DNA of 54,384 nt from Octopus bimaculoides (lineage: Eukaryota). Location: NCBI RefSeq assembly GCF_001194135.2, contig NC_068984.1, positions 46,883,172 through 46,937,555 of the forward strand, in the 5' to 3' direction. The notes under the pieces are model-generated. The model did not search any database, was not told the origin of the DNA, and was given only the letters and a program-made list of their open reading frames with translations. Below, piece after piece: positions 1-11,628 of the stretch. The position numbers were made by a program, and so were the translations under genes. Each line of letters begins with the position of its first letter. The first letter of the stretch is position 1.

Positions 1-24
1 GAACACTGTGTGGCTAATAAAGAA

Positions 25-31
25 ATCTATA

Positions 32-82
<51 letters not shown>

Positions 83-137
83 TTATCTATCTGTCTTCCT
101 CTATCTTTCTACCTATCCCTCTATCTACCTATCTATC
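25..137. repeat. (ATCT)n tetranucleotide microsatellite, degenerating 3'
   Basis: Direct read; explains the SIYL-repeat ORFs 8..307 and 10..270. Confidence 0.95.
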
Positions 138-269
138 TTTCTTCTTACCCATCTCCCCGTCTCCCTCTGCTTCTTTCTGTTATTCTAACATCTACTTCAC
201 TGCTATACACTCCTGTTTCTTCCTCCTTGTTCCACTTCCTCCCTCCACCATCCTCTCTGCTCTCGTGTG

Positions 270-605
270 ACGTGTGGTCAACTTTCTTTTCACTCCAGCC
301 GCTGTGAAGGCAAGACGAACTACTAGCGTTCTACATCAGATTCGCGTTTGGCCGTACGGCTTTTTTATGTTGTTTTCACTGTCCAGTTTTTCCTGTCTTG
401 GTTTACGTTTGCCACCTTGGACTCCTCTGTTTAGTTGGTTGATCCACTACTCAGGAAGAGACTATTCTAGAGTCCTCCTGCCTTATCTTCGAAACGTCGA
501 GTTTGAATAGAGGCAGCTGATGAATAATTCCAAGTGGCTTTCTGTTTTCCTATGTGTTCGTTCCGTTGTCTGTAGTTCATTGTTCTAACGTCCTGTACCC
601 TGATA
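270..605 (+). mobile_element. Possible Penelope-like element terminal (pseudo-LTR) remnant
   Basis: Contains CGAAACGTCG at 490-499, the motif typical of PLE minimal hammerheads, in a pyrimidine-rich non-coding stretch. No ORF support; inference. Confidence 0.3.
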
Positions 606-679
606 TGCATCTATATACACATGTAAATGAAAGTATATACATATATGTGTGTATACATGCATATATATTTTTTGTATTA

Positions 680-711
680 TTATATATATATATATATATA
701 TACATACACAC

Positions 712-752
<41 letters not shown>
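680..752. repeat. (TA)n(CA)n compound microsatellite
   Basis: Direct read. Confidence 0.95.
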
Positions 753-755
<3 letters not shown>

Positions 756-1681
756 AGGTATGTATGAATATATGATCATGTATTGTCGTCACTTAGAATC
801 AGAATACTGAGATTCTTGTCGAACACAAGTCGTTGATTTTAGCCAGCAGGCTGTAATGGATAATATTACATCTATGATGCTTGATACCACCTACGCAGAC
901 AAATGATTCAGCCTTCTAAAACTCACTTAAGCCAATAATATCTTATGGCTAGACTGATAAATTATTGGTTCATTTAATAAAATACCTCTAATTTCGAACT
1001 AAGATACAGAAAGAACATTCGAGATTATTACTTCAGTTTTTAATCAATAGCTTTTGAATGGAACATTCGAGACAATTTTTCGTGCGTAGAAGATTACAAA
1101 TAGTAATGAGTGAACACAGCAACCAGTTTGTATCGGACAGTTGTTGCGTTTGTTAGTATCGAACCGTTGAAGCGATAGTTGGTGTCGGGCGGTTGATGTG
1201 AACATTTGGTGCAATTCTATTTTCTACTAAACAAGTTCGCTTGCTGGGCTGGCGTGCCGTTTCCGAGCTGTTGACTTGACTGTTGAAGCCGTGTCGATGG
1301 TATCAGGAAACTGATACCATATATACANNNNNNNNNNNNNNNNNNNNNNNNNNNNNNNNNNNNNNNNNNNNNNNNNNNNNNNNNNNNNNNNNNNNNNNNN
1401 NNNNNNNNNNNNNNNNNNNNNNNNNNNNNNNNNNNNNNNNNNNNNNNNNNNNNNNNNNNNNNNNNNNNNNNNNNNNNNNNNNNNNNNNNNNNNNNNNNNN
1501 NNNNNNNNNNNNNNNNNNNNNNNNNTATATATATATACATATACATACATACATACATATATGTACTTACATATATATGTATATAAACATGCATATATGG
1601 GCACAATACAAAATATAGTCAAACAATTATTCTCTTAGGTGCGGTTAAAGAAAAGAACTCTTGACGTGTACACGAAACCGT

Positions 1682-1783
1682 GACGTCTAAGCCACATACT
1701 GATTGGTCGAAATACAGTTAGAATTTAGTTGGCGCGCTCACTAAGCCCAGACATCTAAGCCACAGGCTGATTGGTGAAAATAC
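1682..1783. promoter_or_regulatory. Two 34-bp direct repeats each carrying an inverted CCAAT box (CTGATTGG), with nearby TGACGT sites
   Basis: 1682-1715 vs 1750-1783 are 29/34 identical. The regulatory role is inferred only. Confidence 0.3.
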
Positions 1784-2014
1784 GGTTCATAAGATTCAGA
1801 CTGCTGGAGCCCTTTGGAGGGTTATTTAAAGGATAAATCCGACCATTCCGCTATAGTTGACAATTGTCGAACACGACGACTCTCAATACATAAACCACAT
1901 GACTGGGTATCGCATGAAAATACTAGTTTATTTCACTTTTGTAAAATTGTACCAATTGCAAATAACGTGAAATCAGAATAATTATTTAATATATATATAC
2001 ATACACATATACAT

Positions 2015-2421
2015 TGGCTGTGTGGTAAGAAGCTTGCTTCCCAGGAATGTGATTCAGAATTCAGTCCCACTGTATAGACTTTGGGAAAGTGTCATCTCCT
2101 AGAGCCTCGGGCGGACCGAAGCCTCCTGAGTGGATTTGGTAGACTGAAACTGAAAGAAGCCCATCGTGTATATATATGTGTGTACGTGTGTGTATGTGTG
2201 TGTGTGTGTGTGTGTGTATGTGTGTGTGTCTTTGTGTCTGTACTTTACCTACCCCTACTGCTTGACAACCGGTGTTGGTGCGTTTGCGTCCCCGTAACTT
2301 GACGATTCCGCAAAAGAGACCGATAGAATGAGCACCAGGCTTAAAAAAAAAGTACTCGAGTTGATTCATTTAACGAAAATTTCAAAGCGGTGCCCCAGCA
2401 CGGGCCCAATTTGAAACAGAG

Positions 2422-2423
<2 letters not shown>
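2015..2423 (+). mobile_element. tRNA-headed SINE family A, copy 1, with internal (TA)(TG) microsatellite
   Basis: Head TGGCTGTGTGGTAAGAAGCTTGCTTCCC, body GTGAGTGGATTTGGTAGAC..GAAACTGAAAGAAGCC, second half CTTGACAACCG..GTAACTT..GATAGAAT, all shared with four other copies in the window. Confidence 0.85.

Positions 2424-2424
<1 letters not shown>

Positions 2425-2480
<56 letters not shown>
2425..2480. repeat. (CA)n microsatellite
   Basis: Direct read. Confidence 0.95.
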
Positions 2481-2481
<1 letters not shown>

Positions 2482-3540
2482 ACATACGCACACACTCATA
2501 CACACATATCTACATACATTACATACATACACACACATATATATAAAAACATATGCATACACAAGGAAGTCTACAAATATGGTTGATTAAAATCTTGGAG
2601 CAAAGAATGGCATACAGATTTATATATGCGAATTGCTACTTGTGCGTATCGTTAAGAAATTCATTGTTGTTTGTAATGCAGATATATTATGATTTAAGTA
2701 AATTTTCATGTTTGTTCATAAATGCATTTATTTTGATTCTCTAAAATTTCTCATCTTTGATTCTCTAAAATACATACATTTATATATGTTTTAGCGAATA
2801 GGCCTATTTCCAAATTTTGACCAAAAACGAAAAAAAAAAAGGCAGTTACGAACGATCGAAATAGTATCTTCGATTAATATTAGTGCTTATATCATTGAGA
2901 TATATCAACACTGAGAAATAAAAGTAAAAAAAAAAAAAAAAGAATAATAAATAACATCTCCCTGACCTTGTTCTTGAAATTAGAAGTCAGGGGGCTGTAT
3001 TGCGTTTCATCCGGCGCTCTACTGGCCCAGCCATTTCTTTCAACTTAATCTACATAACTATACTGTAATAAAAGAAAAGCAAATATTATGAATCAAGAAT
3101 CTGGAAGTCTGCCAGCTCGAAGAACCATTTGGATTTGGCACGAAGAATATATCCGCAATCCTTCAGTTCAGAAAATTCAGGAAAGTTTTATTAAACACGT
3201 GTCTTCGTCTAGAGAAATATATGTGGTGATGGTAGTGGTATTTGTGATGCTGACAATTGTAGTAGTAGTAGTAGTGGTGGTAGTTGTTTTTGCTTTTTCG
3301 TGTCTGAAGTGTTGATGTCGGTGTTTTGCGAACTAATTTTGTGTAATGAAGTGGGAGCTGAAGAAGAGCTGGGGCTTTTATTGATGATGTAAGGAAGGTC
3401 ATGGTGTTACCAGAGATGGCGGTGGTGGTGGTGGTATTTCTCCGATAATGGTAGTGGTGTCGGTACTGATGCTGTTAATTCTCATGATCTTGTTTTTGAA
3501 TATTGTATTAGATTTAAGGTGTTTGCAGCAGCTGGTGGTT

Positions 3541-4014
3541 TAGTAGTAGTAGTAGTAGTAGTAGGAGNNNNNNNNNNNNNNNNNNNNNNNNNNNNNNNNN
3601 NNNNNNNNNNNNNNNNNNNNNNNNNNNNNNNNNNNNNNNNNNNNNNNNNNNNNNNNNNNNNNNNNNNNNNNNNNNNNNNNNNNNNNNNNNNNNNNNNNNN
3701 NNNNNNNNNNNNNNNNNNNNNNNNNNNNNNNNNNNNNNNNNNNNNNNNNNNNNNNNNNNNNNNNNNNNNNNNNNNNNNNNNNNNNNNNNNNNNNNNNNNN
3801 NNNNNNNNNNNNNNNNNNNNNNNNNNNNNNNNNNNNNNNNNNNNNNNNNNNNNNNNNNNNNNNNNNNNNNNNNNNNNNNNNNNNNNNNNNNNNNNNNNNN
3901 NNNNNNNNNNNNNNNNNNNNNNNNNNNNNNNNNNNNNNNNNNNNNNNNNNNNNNNNNNNNNNNNNNNNNNNNNNNNNNNNNNNNNNNNNNNNNNNNNNNN
4001 NNNNNNNNNNNNNN

Positions 4015-4071
<57 letters not shown>

Positions 4072-4075
4072 GGTG

Positions 4076-4124
<49 letters not shown>

Positions 4125-4125
4125 C
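3541..4125. repeat. (GTA)n/(GTG)n trinucleotide array spanning N-gap 3568-4014
   Basis: The same repeat is present on both sides of the gap; source of the poly-V ORFs. Confidence 0.85.
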
Positions 4126-4451
4126 GGTACTAGAAAAAGAGAAGCTGTTGCTGCAGCTACTTGTTACAATTTTGTTTCGATGTCTCGATACTGATATTAA
4201 TACAATTTCGGTTGATGTGGGCCATAAATCGTTTCACATTCTAATTTTATACCAGTTGTACTACCTATTTGTCGGTATTGTTAGTCATCGTAACTTCATA
4301 ATGATGATATATCAATATTGGCGCTACTGGAAGGTAATAGCAGTACTAATACTTCAGGTGGTGTTAATGATACCAGCTCTGTTAATGGTTGTTTCTATGT
4401 ATTTTCAGATGTAAAACATAATAGTTATATTGTTATTTTATTCTATTATTG

Positions 4452-4848
4452 CTTTACATGTTTCAGCCATGCGACTGTGGCCATGCTGGGGCAAGCCTTA
4501 AAGGGTATTTTTATCGAAGAAATCGACCCCAGGACTTATTCTTTGTAAGCCTAGTATTTACTCTATCGGATCCTTTTGTCGAGCTGCTAAGTTACGGGAA
4601 CAGAAACACACCAGCATCGGTTCTCAGGCGAGAGTGGGGTGGGGGTGGCAATCACAGACACACATACATATAAGAATATATATATTCACGGGCTTCTTTC
4701 AATTTCCGTCTACCATATCCTTTCACATATCTTTGGTCGACCCGAGGCTATAGTAGAAGACACTTGTCCAAGGTGTCACGCAATGAGATTGAACCTAGGA
4801 TCATATGGTTGGGAAGCAAGCTTCTTACGACACATCCACGTCTGCGCC
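4452..4848 (-). mobile_element. SINE family A, copy 2 (reverse)
   Basis: Reverse complement begins GGCGCAGACGTGGATGTGTCGTAAGAAGCTTGCTTCCCAACC and matches the body and tail of the other copies. Confidence 0.85.
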
Positions 4849-5744
4849 GGGTTTTTTTACTACTCACCCACTCCCTCTTGTAAAATTATTATTATGCTTA
4901 TGCTTCACAAGATAATAGATAAAATTATACATATATTACTGAACGTTTTATTATTGTTGATCTCCGTTTACTGAAATTTTCCTTGTATATGTATTGCCTA
5001 AAAAAGAATTCAGAACCTAAAATATAAGGAGCGTTTTTAATTCAAAATGAGACAACAAATTTTGGTTTGCAAATTATTTAGTGTTCTCTGCAACATTGCT
5101 AGTAACTCCGACTGCAGGCGGAGAGCTCAAATAATCTAGTATGTCACAGATTTTAAATTGAGTCAGAACACTTGCGAAGGAAACTTATGTAAAAATACAA
5201 ATACAGATATGTAAATATGTAGAAATTCAGGGAGGTGAACTTATGTAAATATATTAATATTATTCTACGTTTCCTCACACTAGCCGTAATAAAATCCAAG
5301 CATATTAATCTAGTTGCATATATACATTTTTATTCTAAATATACAAGTAGCGCTTTTTTGTTATGATATCCGGAAGCACGTGTTGGATTCGGGCAATTAT
5401 TTACTTTTATATAATGGGACCGAATCGCTATGCTTGATCATTATAGTCCAGATTGTCTGCTTTATGTTTAATTTAATCAATGTGATGGCTTCCCATGTTA
5501 TCTTACAAAAATCTAAACTAATTTCCAGCAAGAAATATTTTACTGCAGTGAGAATTGATTTATTATAATTTTTATTTTACATTATACAATGATATTTTGA
5601 CTATGAAAAATTATTACCCCTCTTCAATAGTGAGTTATGCAGAATAAAATGTTAGCTCATGACACTTGAAGATCAGAACATGTCCAAAGTATTTTATGTC
5701 ATTTATATATATATTTGTTTATTTTATGTCATTTCCACTGCACA

Positions 5745-5902
5745 CGTAAAACATGCATTAACTTTATATCCTTAACATAGCTCTCTTGATAAATAAGAAC
5801 CCATAGCGCCTACATTAAAATTAACCAATATTAATAATAAACTTCTTGGAATTTTATTGATATTTCATTATCAGTTTTGCTTTGTATTGAAATAAACTTT
5901 AG
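5745..5902 (+). repeat. 158-bp direct repeat, copy 1
   Basis: Matches 6822-6979 with 3 substitutions seen. Confidence 0.95.
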
Positions 5903-6475
5903 CTGTTTGGCACACGAACTGAGTTAATGGAAGGGAGGTGGTATCACTTGATCCTTCGAAATGCTAAAATCTGCTTCATATTGCTGTTTACTGTAGTAAA
6001 AAATGTACACGTCAAACTCTAAATATGCGTGTCTTTTGTCCATGTGCATATGCGTGTTTGCACCTGTGCGTTGTATGTCCATATGCGTGTGTGTGTTGAA
6101 TGTGAAATGTGTATGTGTCTGGGCGCGCACGTGCGTGTGTTTGAGTTGATCAAAAGCAACTTTTACATTTTTGTTTTATTCTCCTATATCCACATGTCCT
6201 TTTAGTTGGGCTCCCAAATTATTTCATCTGCAATGTTCGTATCTTTCTTTTATTTCCATTTTAATCATTTCAGTTATTGAAAGGTGTGCAGCGTAAACCA
6301 AGCATTTAGAAGTCTTGGTGAAAGTCACCGACGTCAATACTTATTCCACTCCAATATTCATTTGATCGATGTCAGTGTAAAATTTTCCGAGATTTAACAA
6401 TGCATCATAAAGAAAAATTTGTTTAAGCCAGAATAGTTATCACCTTATATTTATTCATGCATGTATAATGTAAGC

Positions 6476-6512
<37 letters not shown>

Positions 6513-6559
6513 CGAGTGGACAAACGAAAGAAGGATAAGGATTAAAAGAGTTTGATTCA

Positions 6560-6826
6560 AATTCTTTGGTACTCTTGAGTTTCAAGCGTGATGCTATCGC
6601 ATCTAACATTGCACGCATCAACAGACGTAAATATGCACCCACGCCACCCCAACTCCAAGCTGCAATCTTCCGAAACCCTACCATGTGCCCTCTAGAAGGA
6701 TCTTGTCCCCCAAGGGCCGTAGTATATAGAGCCACCCTTACACCATCCGATGGCATTACTAGGCACTCTACAGGTATGACAGCTAATGGCTTCAAAGAAA
6801 GATACACCCAGCACACGCACTCGTAA
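6560..6826 (+). mobile_element. Penelope-like GIY-YIG endonuclease fragment
   Basis: ORF 6566..6826 reads CPLEGSCPPRAVVYRAT...STGMTANGFKERYTQHTHS, matching the PLE pattern CPLxGxC..VVYxA..YIGxT..FKxRYxxHxxS; truncated at both ends. Confidence 0.7.
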
Positions 6827-6979
6827 AACATGCATTAACTTTATATCCTTAACATAGCTCTCTTGATAAATAAGAACCCATAGCGCCTACATTAAAATTA
6901 ACCAATATTAATAATAAACTTCTTGGGATTTTATTGATATTTAATAATCAGTTTTGCTTTGTATTGAAATAAACTTTAG
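6822..6979 (+). repeat. 158-bp direct repeat, copy 2
   Basis: Matches 5745-5902. Confidence 0.95.
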
Positions 6980-7827
6980 TCCTATTTATTTCCTCGAAGC
7001 TGTTGTCATAGCTGCCTCAGTCTTATCTTTCACCGACGACCTGTATCGTTATCGCCGGCATCATCAAGAAAATCGACAGACAATGAAAACAAAACATCAT
7101 TAGAAAGAAATATTTTCTGAAAGAAAGACCGAGTTGTTAGTTGGAATTGCCCGGTCAAAATAAAAACAAGGCATTTTAACGCAATGCTGCCTGGGTATGC
7201 AATATCCCTATTTCGATAAGCTTTAAAGTTGCTCATTTGCCCATAGCAGAGTGTTGATATAAAGATATCTGCATGTGATCAGCTGTATATGACGGAGATT
7301 GTATGTGCATGACGATGTGCGAATATTTGTCTCGATGCGTGTGTAATATGAGACTATTAGGGACAATGTTTCTGTATACGCAAGTGCACACTATTAAGAT
7401 ATATATAATCCATTTATGGATTCATTATGAAGGCTTAGTCGTAAGAGTTATAGTTTTGGTTTCAGTTCAGTTCATTATTCATACAACAAACAATTTATAA
7501 TTTGTCAAAAATTGTTAATTTACTTAAATAATACTCAAAACTCTTTGAATAAGATGCAATAACATGCGGAAATCGCACCGCTAGAGAAGGGGTAATTTAT
7601 TCTTATCATAATAACAGGATGTATTTTGAAATATAACCTTTTTTTTCCATATGCTGAGGTGCATAAAGGGTAGAGTGATAAGTTAGTAAAATATTATATT
7701 ACAAATACTTTCTTATAATACAATATTTCAACTTCAAGATCACTGTAGGGTGTAGCGTCATTTTCAAATGTAGCTGATTAAATGATGAGAAAAAAGGTAA
7801 GTCGAAAATAATGCAAGCATTGATAAT

Positions 7828-7957
7828 AACGACTACGAGGACGACGTCGACGACGACGACGACGACGACGACGTTGATGACGATTGCGACGACGACGATG
7901 AAAATGGTGGCGGTGATGACAATGATGTTCATTAAATCGAATATGAAAATAAAATAG

Positions 7958-7993
<36 letters not shown>

Positions 7994-8025
7994 CACACAC
8001 ACACACACACTCACACATACACACA
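7828..8025. repeat. (GAC/GAT)n array followed by (CA)n
   Basis: Direct read. Confidence 0.9.
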
Positions 8026-8464
8026 CATTAATACAAAGTAAAAAATCATAAAATTAATCAATCATAAATGAAGTAATTAAAAGACATGAAACATGAAGTT
8101 CTCTTTAAAGACGATATCGATCTTCCCAATAGGGTAAATCGTTAATATAGGAACAAGGAAATATGATTATATCAAATGAGCCTCACTGTCATTTGAGAAA
8201 CCGTCAGTTAACGTGTGGGCAATATAATGAAGACAAGGCGATCGATAAATACATACACATGCACGCCCATACACAGATAAAACACATACACGCTACGCAT
8301 GTACGTGAGCTGTACGCGTATATATACATGCATATAACACACAAATACGTGTTTATACATGTAAATAAATATATATATATATAAAGATATATATACATAC
8401 GTAATTACCTACATACTACAATATTTATGTCATATACATACTTACAGAAATACATACATTACCT

Positions 8465-8472
8465 TCTCTCTC

Positions 8473-8515
<43 letters not shown>

Positions 8516-8531
8516 ATATATATATATATAT
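8465..8531. repeat. (TC)n(TA)n microsatellite
   Basis: Direct read. Confidence 0.9.
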
Positions 8532-8980
8532 AGGCAGAGGGTTGGCCGTTTGGTAAGAAGCTTGCTCCCCAACCGCATCGTACCGGGTTCAGTTCCACTA
8601 CATAGTACCTTGGGTAAGTATCTTCTGTTAGTGCCTCGGGCCGGCCAAAGCCTTGTGAGTGGATATGTTAGACGGAAACTGAAAAGAAGCCTTTCGTATA
8701 TATATATATATATATATATATAACATATATGTATATGTGTGTGCGTGTGTGTGTGTGCGCATGTGCGCGTGTGTGTGACTTCGTGTCTGTGTTTTACCCC
8801 ACCCCATCACCGCTTGATATGTTCACGTTCTCGTAACCTAGCGGTTCGACAAAAATTTCATAAAGAATAAGTACTAGGCTTTAAAAAATAAGTCCTGGGT
8901 TCGATTTGTTCAACTAAAAAACCCAGATTGCGTGCTCCAGCAAAGCTGCAGTCAACTCACGGAAACAAGTAAAAGAAAGA
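8532..8980 (+). mobile_element. SINE family A, copy 3
   Basis: TGGCCGTTTGGTAAGAAGCTTGCT head, GGGTTCAGTTCC B-box-like motif, internal (TA)(TG), tail GGAAACAAGTAAAAG. Confidence 0.85.
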
Positions 8981-10104
8981 ATATAAGAATATATATATAT
9001 ATATATANNNNNNNNNNNNNNNNNNNNNNNNNNNNNNNNNNNNNNNNNNNNNNNNNNNNNNNNNNNNNNNNNNNNNNNNNNNNNNNNNNNNNNNNNNNNN
9101 NNNNNNNNNNNNNNNNNNNNNNNNNNNNNNNNNNNNNNNNNNNNNNNNNNNNNNNNNNNNNNNNNNNNNNNNNNNNNNNNNNNNNNNNNNNNNNNNNNNN
9201 NNNNNNNNNNNNNNNNNNNNNNNNNNNNNNNNNNNNNNNNNNNNNNNNNNNNNNNNNNNNNNNNNNNNNNNNNNNNNNNNNNNNNNNNNNNNNNNNNNNN
9301 NNNNNNNNNNNNNNNNNNNNNNNNNNNNNNNNNNNNNNNNNNNNNNNNNNNNNNNNNNNNNNNNNNNNNNNNNNNNNNNNNNNNNNNNNNNNNNNNNNNN
9401 NNNNNNNNNNNNNNNNNNNNNNNNNNNNNNNNNNNNNNNNNNNNNNNNNNNNNNNNNNNNNNNNNNNNNNNNNNNNNNNNNNNNNNNNNNNNNNNNNNNN
9501 NNNNNNNNNNNNNNNNNNNNNNNNNNNNNNNNNNNNNNNNNNNNNNNNNNNNNNNAAGAGAGATAATCCCATTGTTTATATCCGTATCATTTCCCCTTCC
9601 ATTTTTTAAAGAGGCCATAGTCGAACAAGTCTTGGAGTCTGAAGACATGCCACAAAGGTACCCTTTGTGGTGAAAATCTCAGGGTAACCCTATAAACTGG
9701 CCTTCACCATTAATATAGACTGCTCTACTTCTTAAAATGCGCTTCTCTGGATTTATGTATTTTCTAAAAAAAACAAAACAAAAAAAACATGTTATATATG
9801 CACGCGCACGCGCGCGCGTGTGTGTCTGGGTGTGGTGTTTGTGTGTGTGTGTTAAGAAGAATTCAAATAAGTTCAACAATTTGTAGAAACATACATTCTG
9901 CAATGATCGATGTATATCAGTTTTTAAATATGTATATCAGTCACTAAAATATTAAAACATATTAAAAATCTATAAATACATCAATACACATATATATAAA
10001 TAGATGAATGGCATTAAGTTATAAAAGTATAAATGTATAAATGTATAGATGCATAAAGATATATAGAGAGACATTTAAAATTACCGTCGTATTAAAAGGC
10101 GTTG

Positions 10105-10522
10105 TAGTCTCTGCAGCATACCACGCATGCAGGAGAACTCTGTTATGGCTATCAGACAATTTCTGCGACCACATCACCACTAACATTTGGCCACCTGATT
10201 CCCAAGACTGCAACCCCCTTGAGTATGTGAGGGGCAGTTGAGCTAGAGACCAACTCCTTGTACCACAAAAGATGAACTGAAGGCAAGGATTATAGCAGCA
10301 TTCACCCACTTCAAGAAGAAAAGTGTCCACAAGAGAAATAGGAGATTCAGAAGTTGTATGGAGGCGATTTTTAAAAATAAATTTACGATTTTATTGAATA
10401 AATTTACTGTTTAGTATCTAAAGATAATTTTATGTAATTTTGGTAAATATATCTGTTAAAATGAGATGTCAGTGTTATTTTCATTTTTGCGTAATCTAGA
10501 TGACAATTTAATCTCTGCACCA
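10105..10522 (+). mobile_element. Tc1/mariner DD37D (maT-type) transposase 3' remnant with right end
   Basis: VSAAYHACRRTLLWLSDNFCDHITTNIWPPDSQDCNPLEY gives 37 residues between the positions of catalytic D2 and D3 (now V and E). The 3' region matches 49711-49734 exactly in reverse over 24 bp and ends at a TA run. Confidence 0.85.
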
Positions 10523-11058
10523 TATATATATATATATATATATATANNNNNNNNNNNNNNNNNNNNNNNNNNNNNNNNNNNNNNNNNNNNNNNNNNNNNN
10601 NNNNNNNNNNNNNNNNNNNNNNNNNNNNNNNNNNNNNNNNNNNNNNNNNNNNNNNNNNNNNNNNNNNNNNNNNNNNNNNNNNNNNNNNNNNNNNNNNNNN
10701 NNNNNNNNNNNNNNNNNNNNNNNNNNNNNNNNNNNNNNNNNNNNNNNNNNNNNNNNNNNNNNNNNNNNNNNNNNNNNNNNNNNNNNNNNNNNNNNNNNNN
10801 NNNNNNNNNNNNNNNNNNNNNNNNNNNNNNNNNNNNNNNNNNNNNNNNNNNNNNNNNNNNNNNNNNNNNNNNNNNNNNNNNNNNNNNNNNNNNNNNNNNN
10901 NNNNNNNNNNNNNNNNNNNNNNNNNNNNNNNNNNNNNNNNNNNNNNNNNNNNNNNNNNNNNNNNNNNNNNNNNNNNNNNNNNNNNNNNNNNNNNNNNNNN
11001 NNNNNNNNNNNNNNNNNNNNNNNNNNNNNNNNNNNNNNNNNNNNNNNNNNNNNNNNNN

Positions 11059-11089
<31 letters not shown>

Positions 11090-11529
11090 TAGGTGTGCAC
11101 CAGTGCGTGTGGATGCATTTGCTTACCTGATTATGTTTTATCTTTTACTGTAGTCGCCTGTGTGTGGGTGAGAGCATGTATTTGTGAGAATTTTCGCCGT
11201 TAGGAATATTAATTACTTTAAATAATTGACTTAATTAATGAGGTACCTTTTACTCAAAGGAATCGACTCTACTTCACGCCACCACACTCTCTGTCGTGAA
11301 TATATCTGTACACATACAGTATGTGTGTGCACATACACAATCAGTCATCCTTATATTTACAAATTATATTTCCGTATACATGCACATATGTACAACATGT
11401 TCACACATATATATTATATGTGTACATGTACCTATTATATACGTATACGTGAATATATATACACACACATTCACACTAATACTTAACTCTCCACGCGCTT
11501 ATATATATGGTATGTGTATATATATGGTG

Positions 11530-11543
11530 TGTGTATATATATA

Positions 11544-11625
<82 letters not shown>
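11530..11625. repeat. (TA)n(GA)n microsatellite
   Basis: Direct read. Confidence 0.95.

Positions 11626-11628
<3 letters not shown>

Noticed and set aside
8-307. SIYL-repeat and similar HT/VC/YI-repeat ORFs throughout the window
   Set aside because: Translations of (ATCT)n, (CA)n and (TA)n microsatellites.
2955-3075. Minus-strand exon-like stretch with a strong acceptor (ERNGWASRAPDETQYSPL, faintly PGRP-like)
   Set aside because: An in-frame TAA lies between the acceptor and this frame; the similarity is too weak.
9612-9657. Possible + strand micro-exon (E)AIVEQVLESEDMPQ(R)
   Set aside because: Weak donor (GTACCC), phase does not chain with the 12.3-kb candidate, and no recognisable homology.
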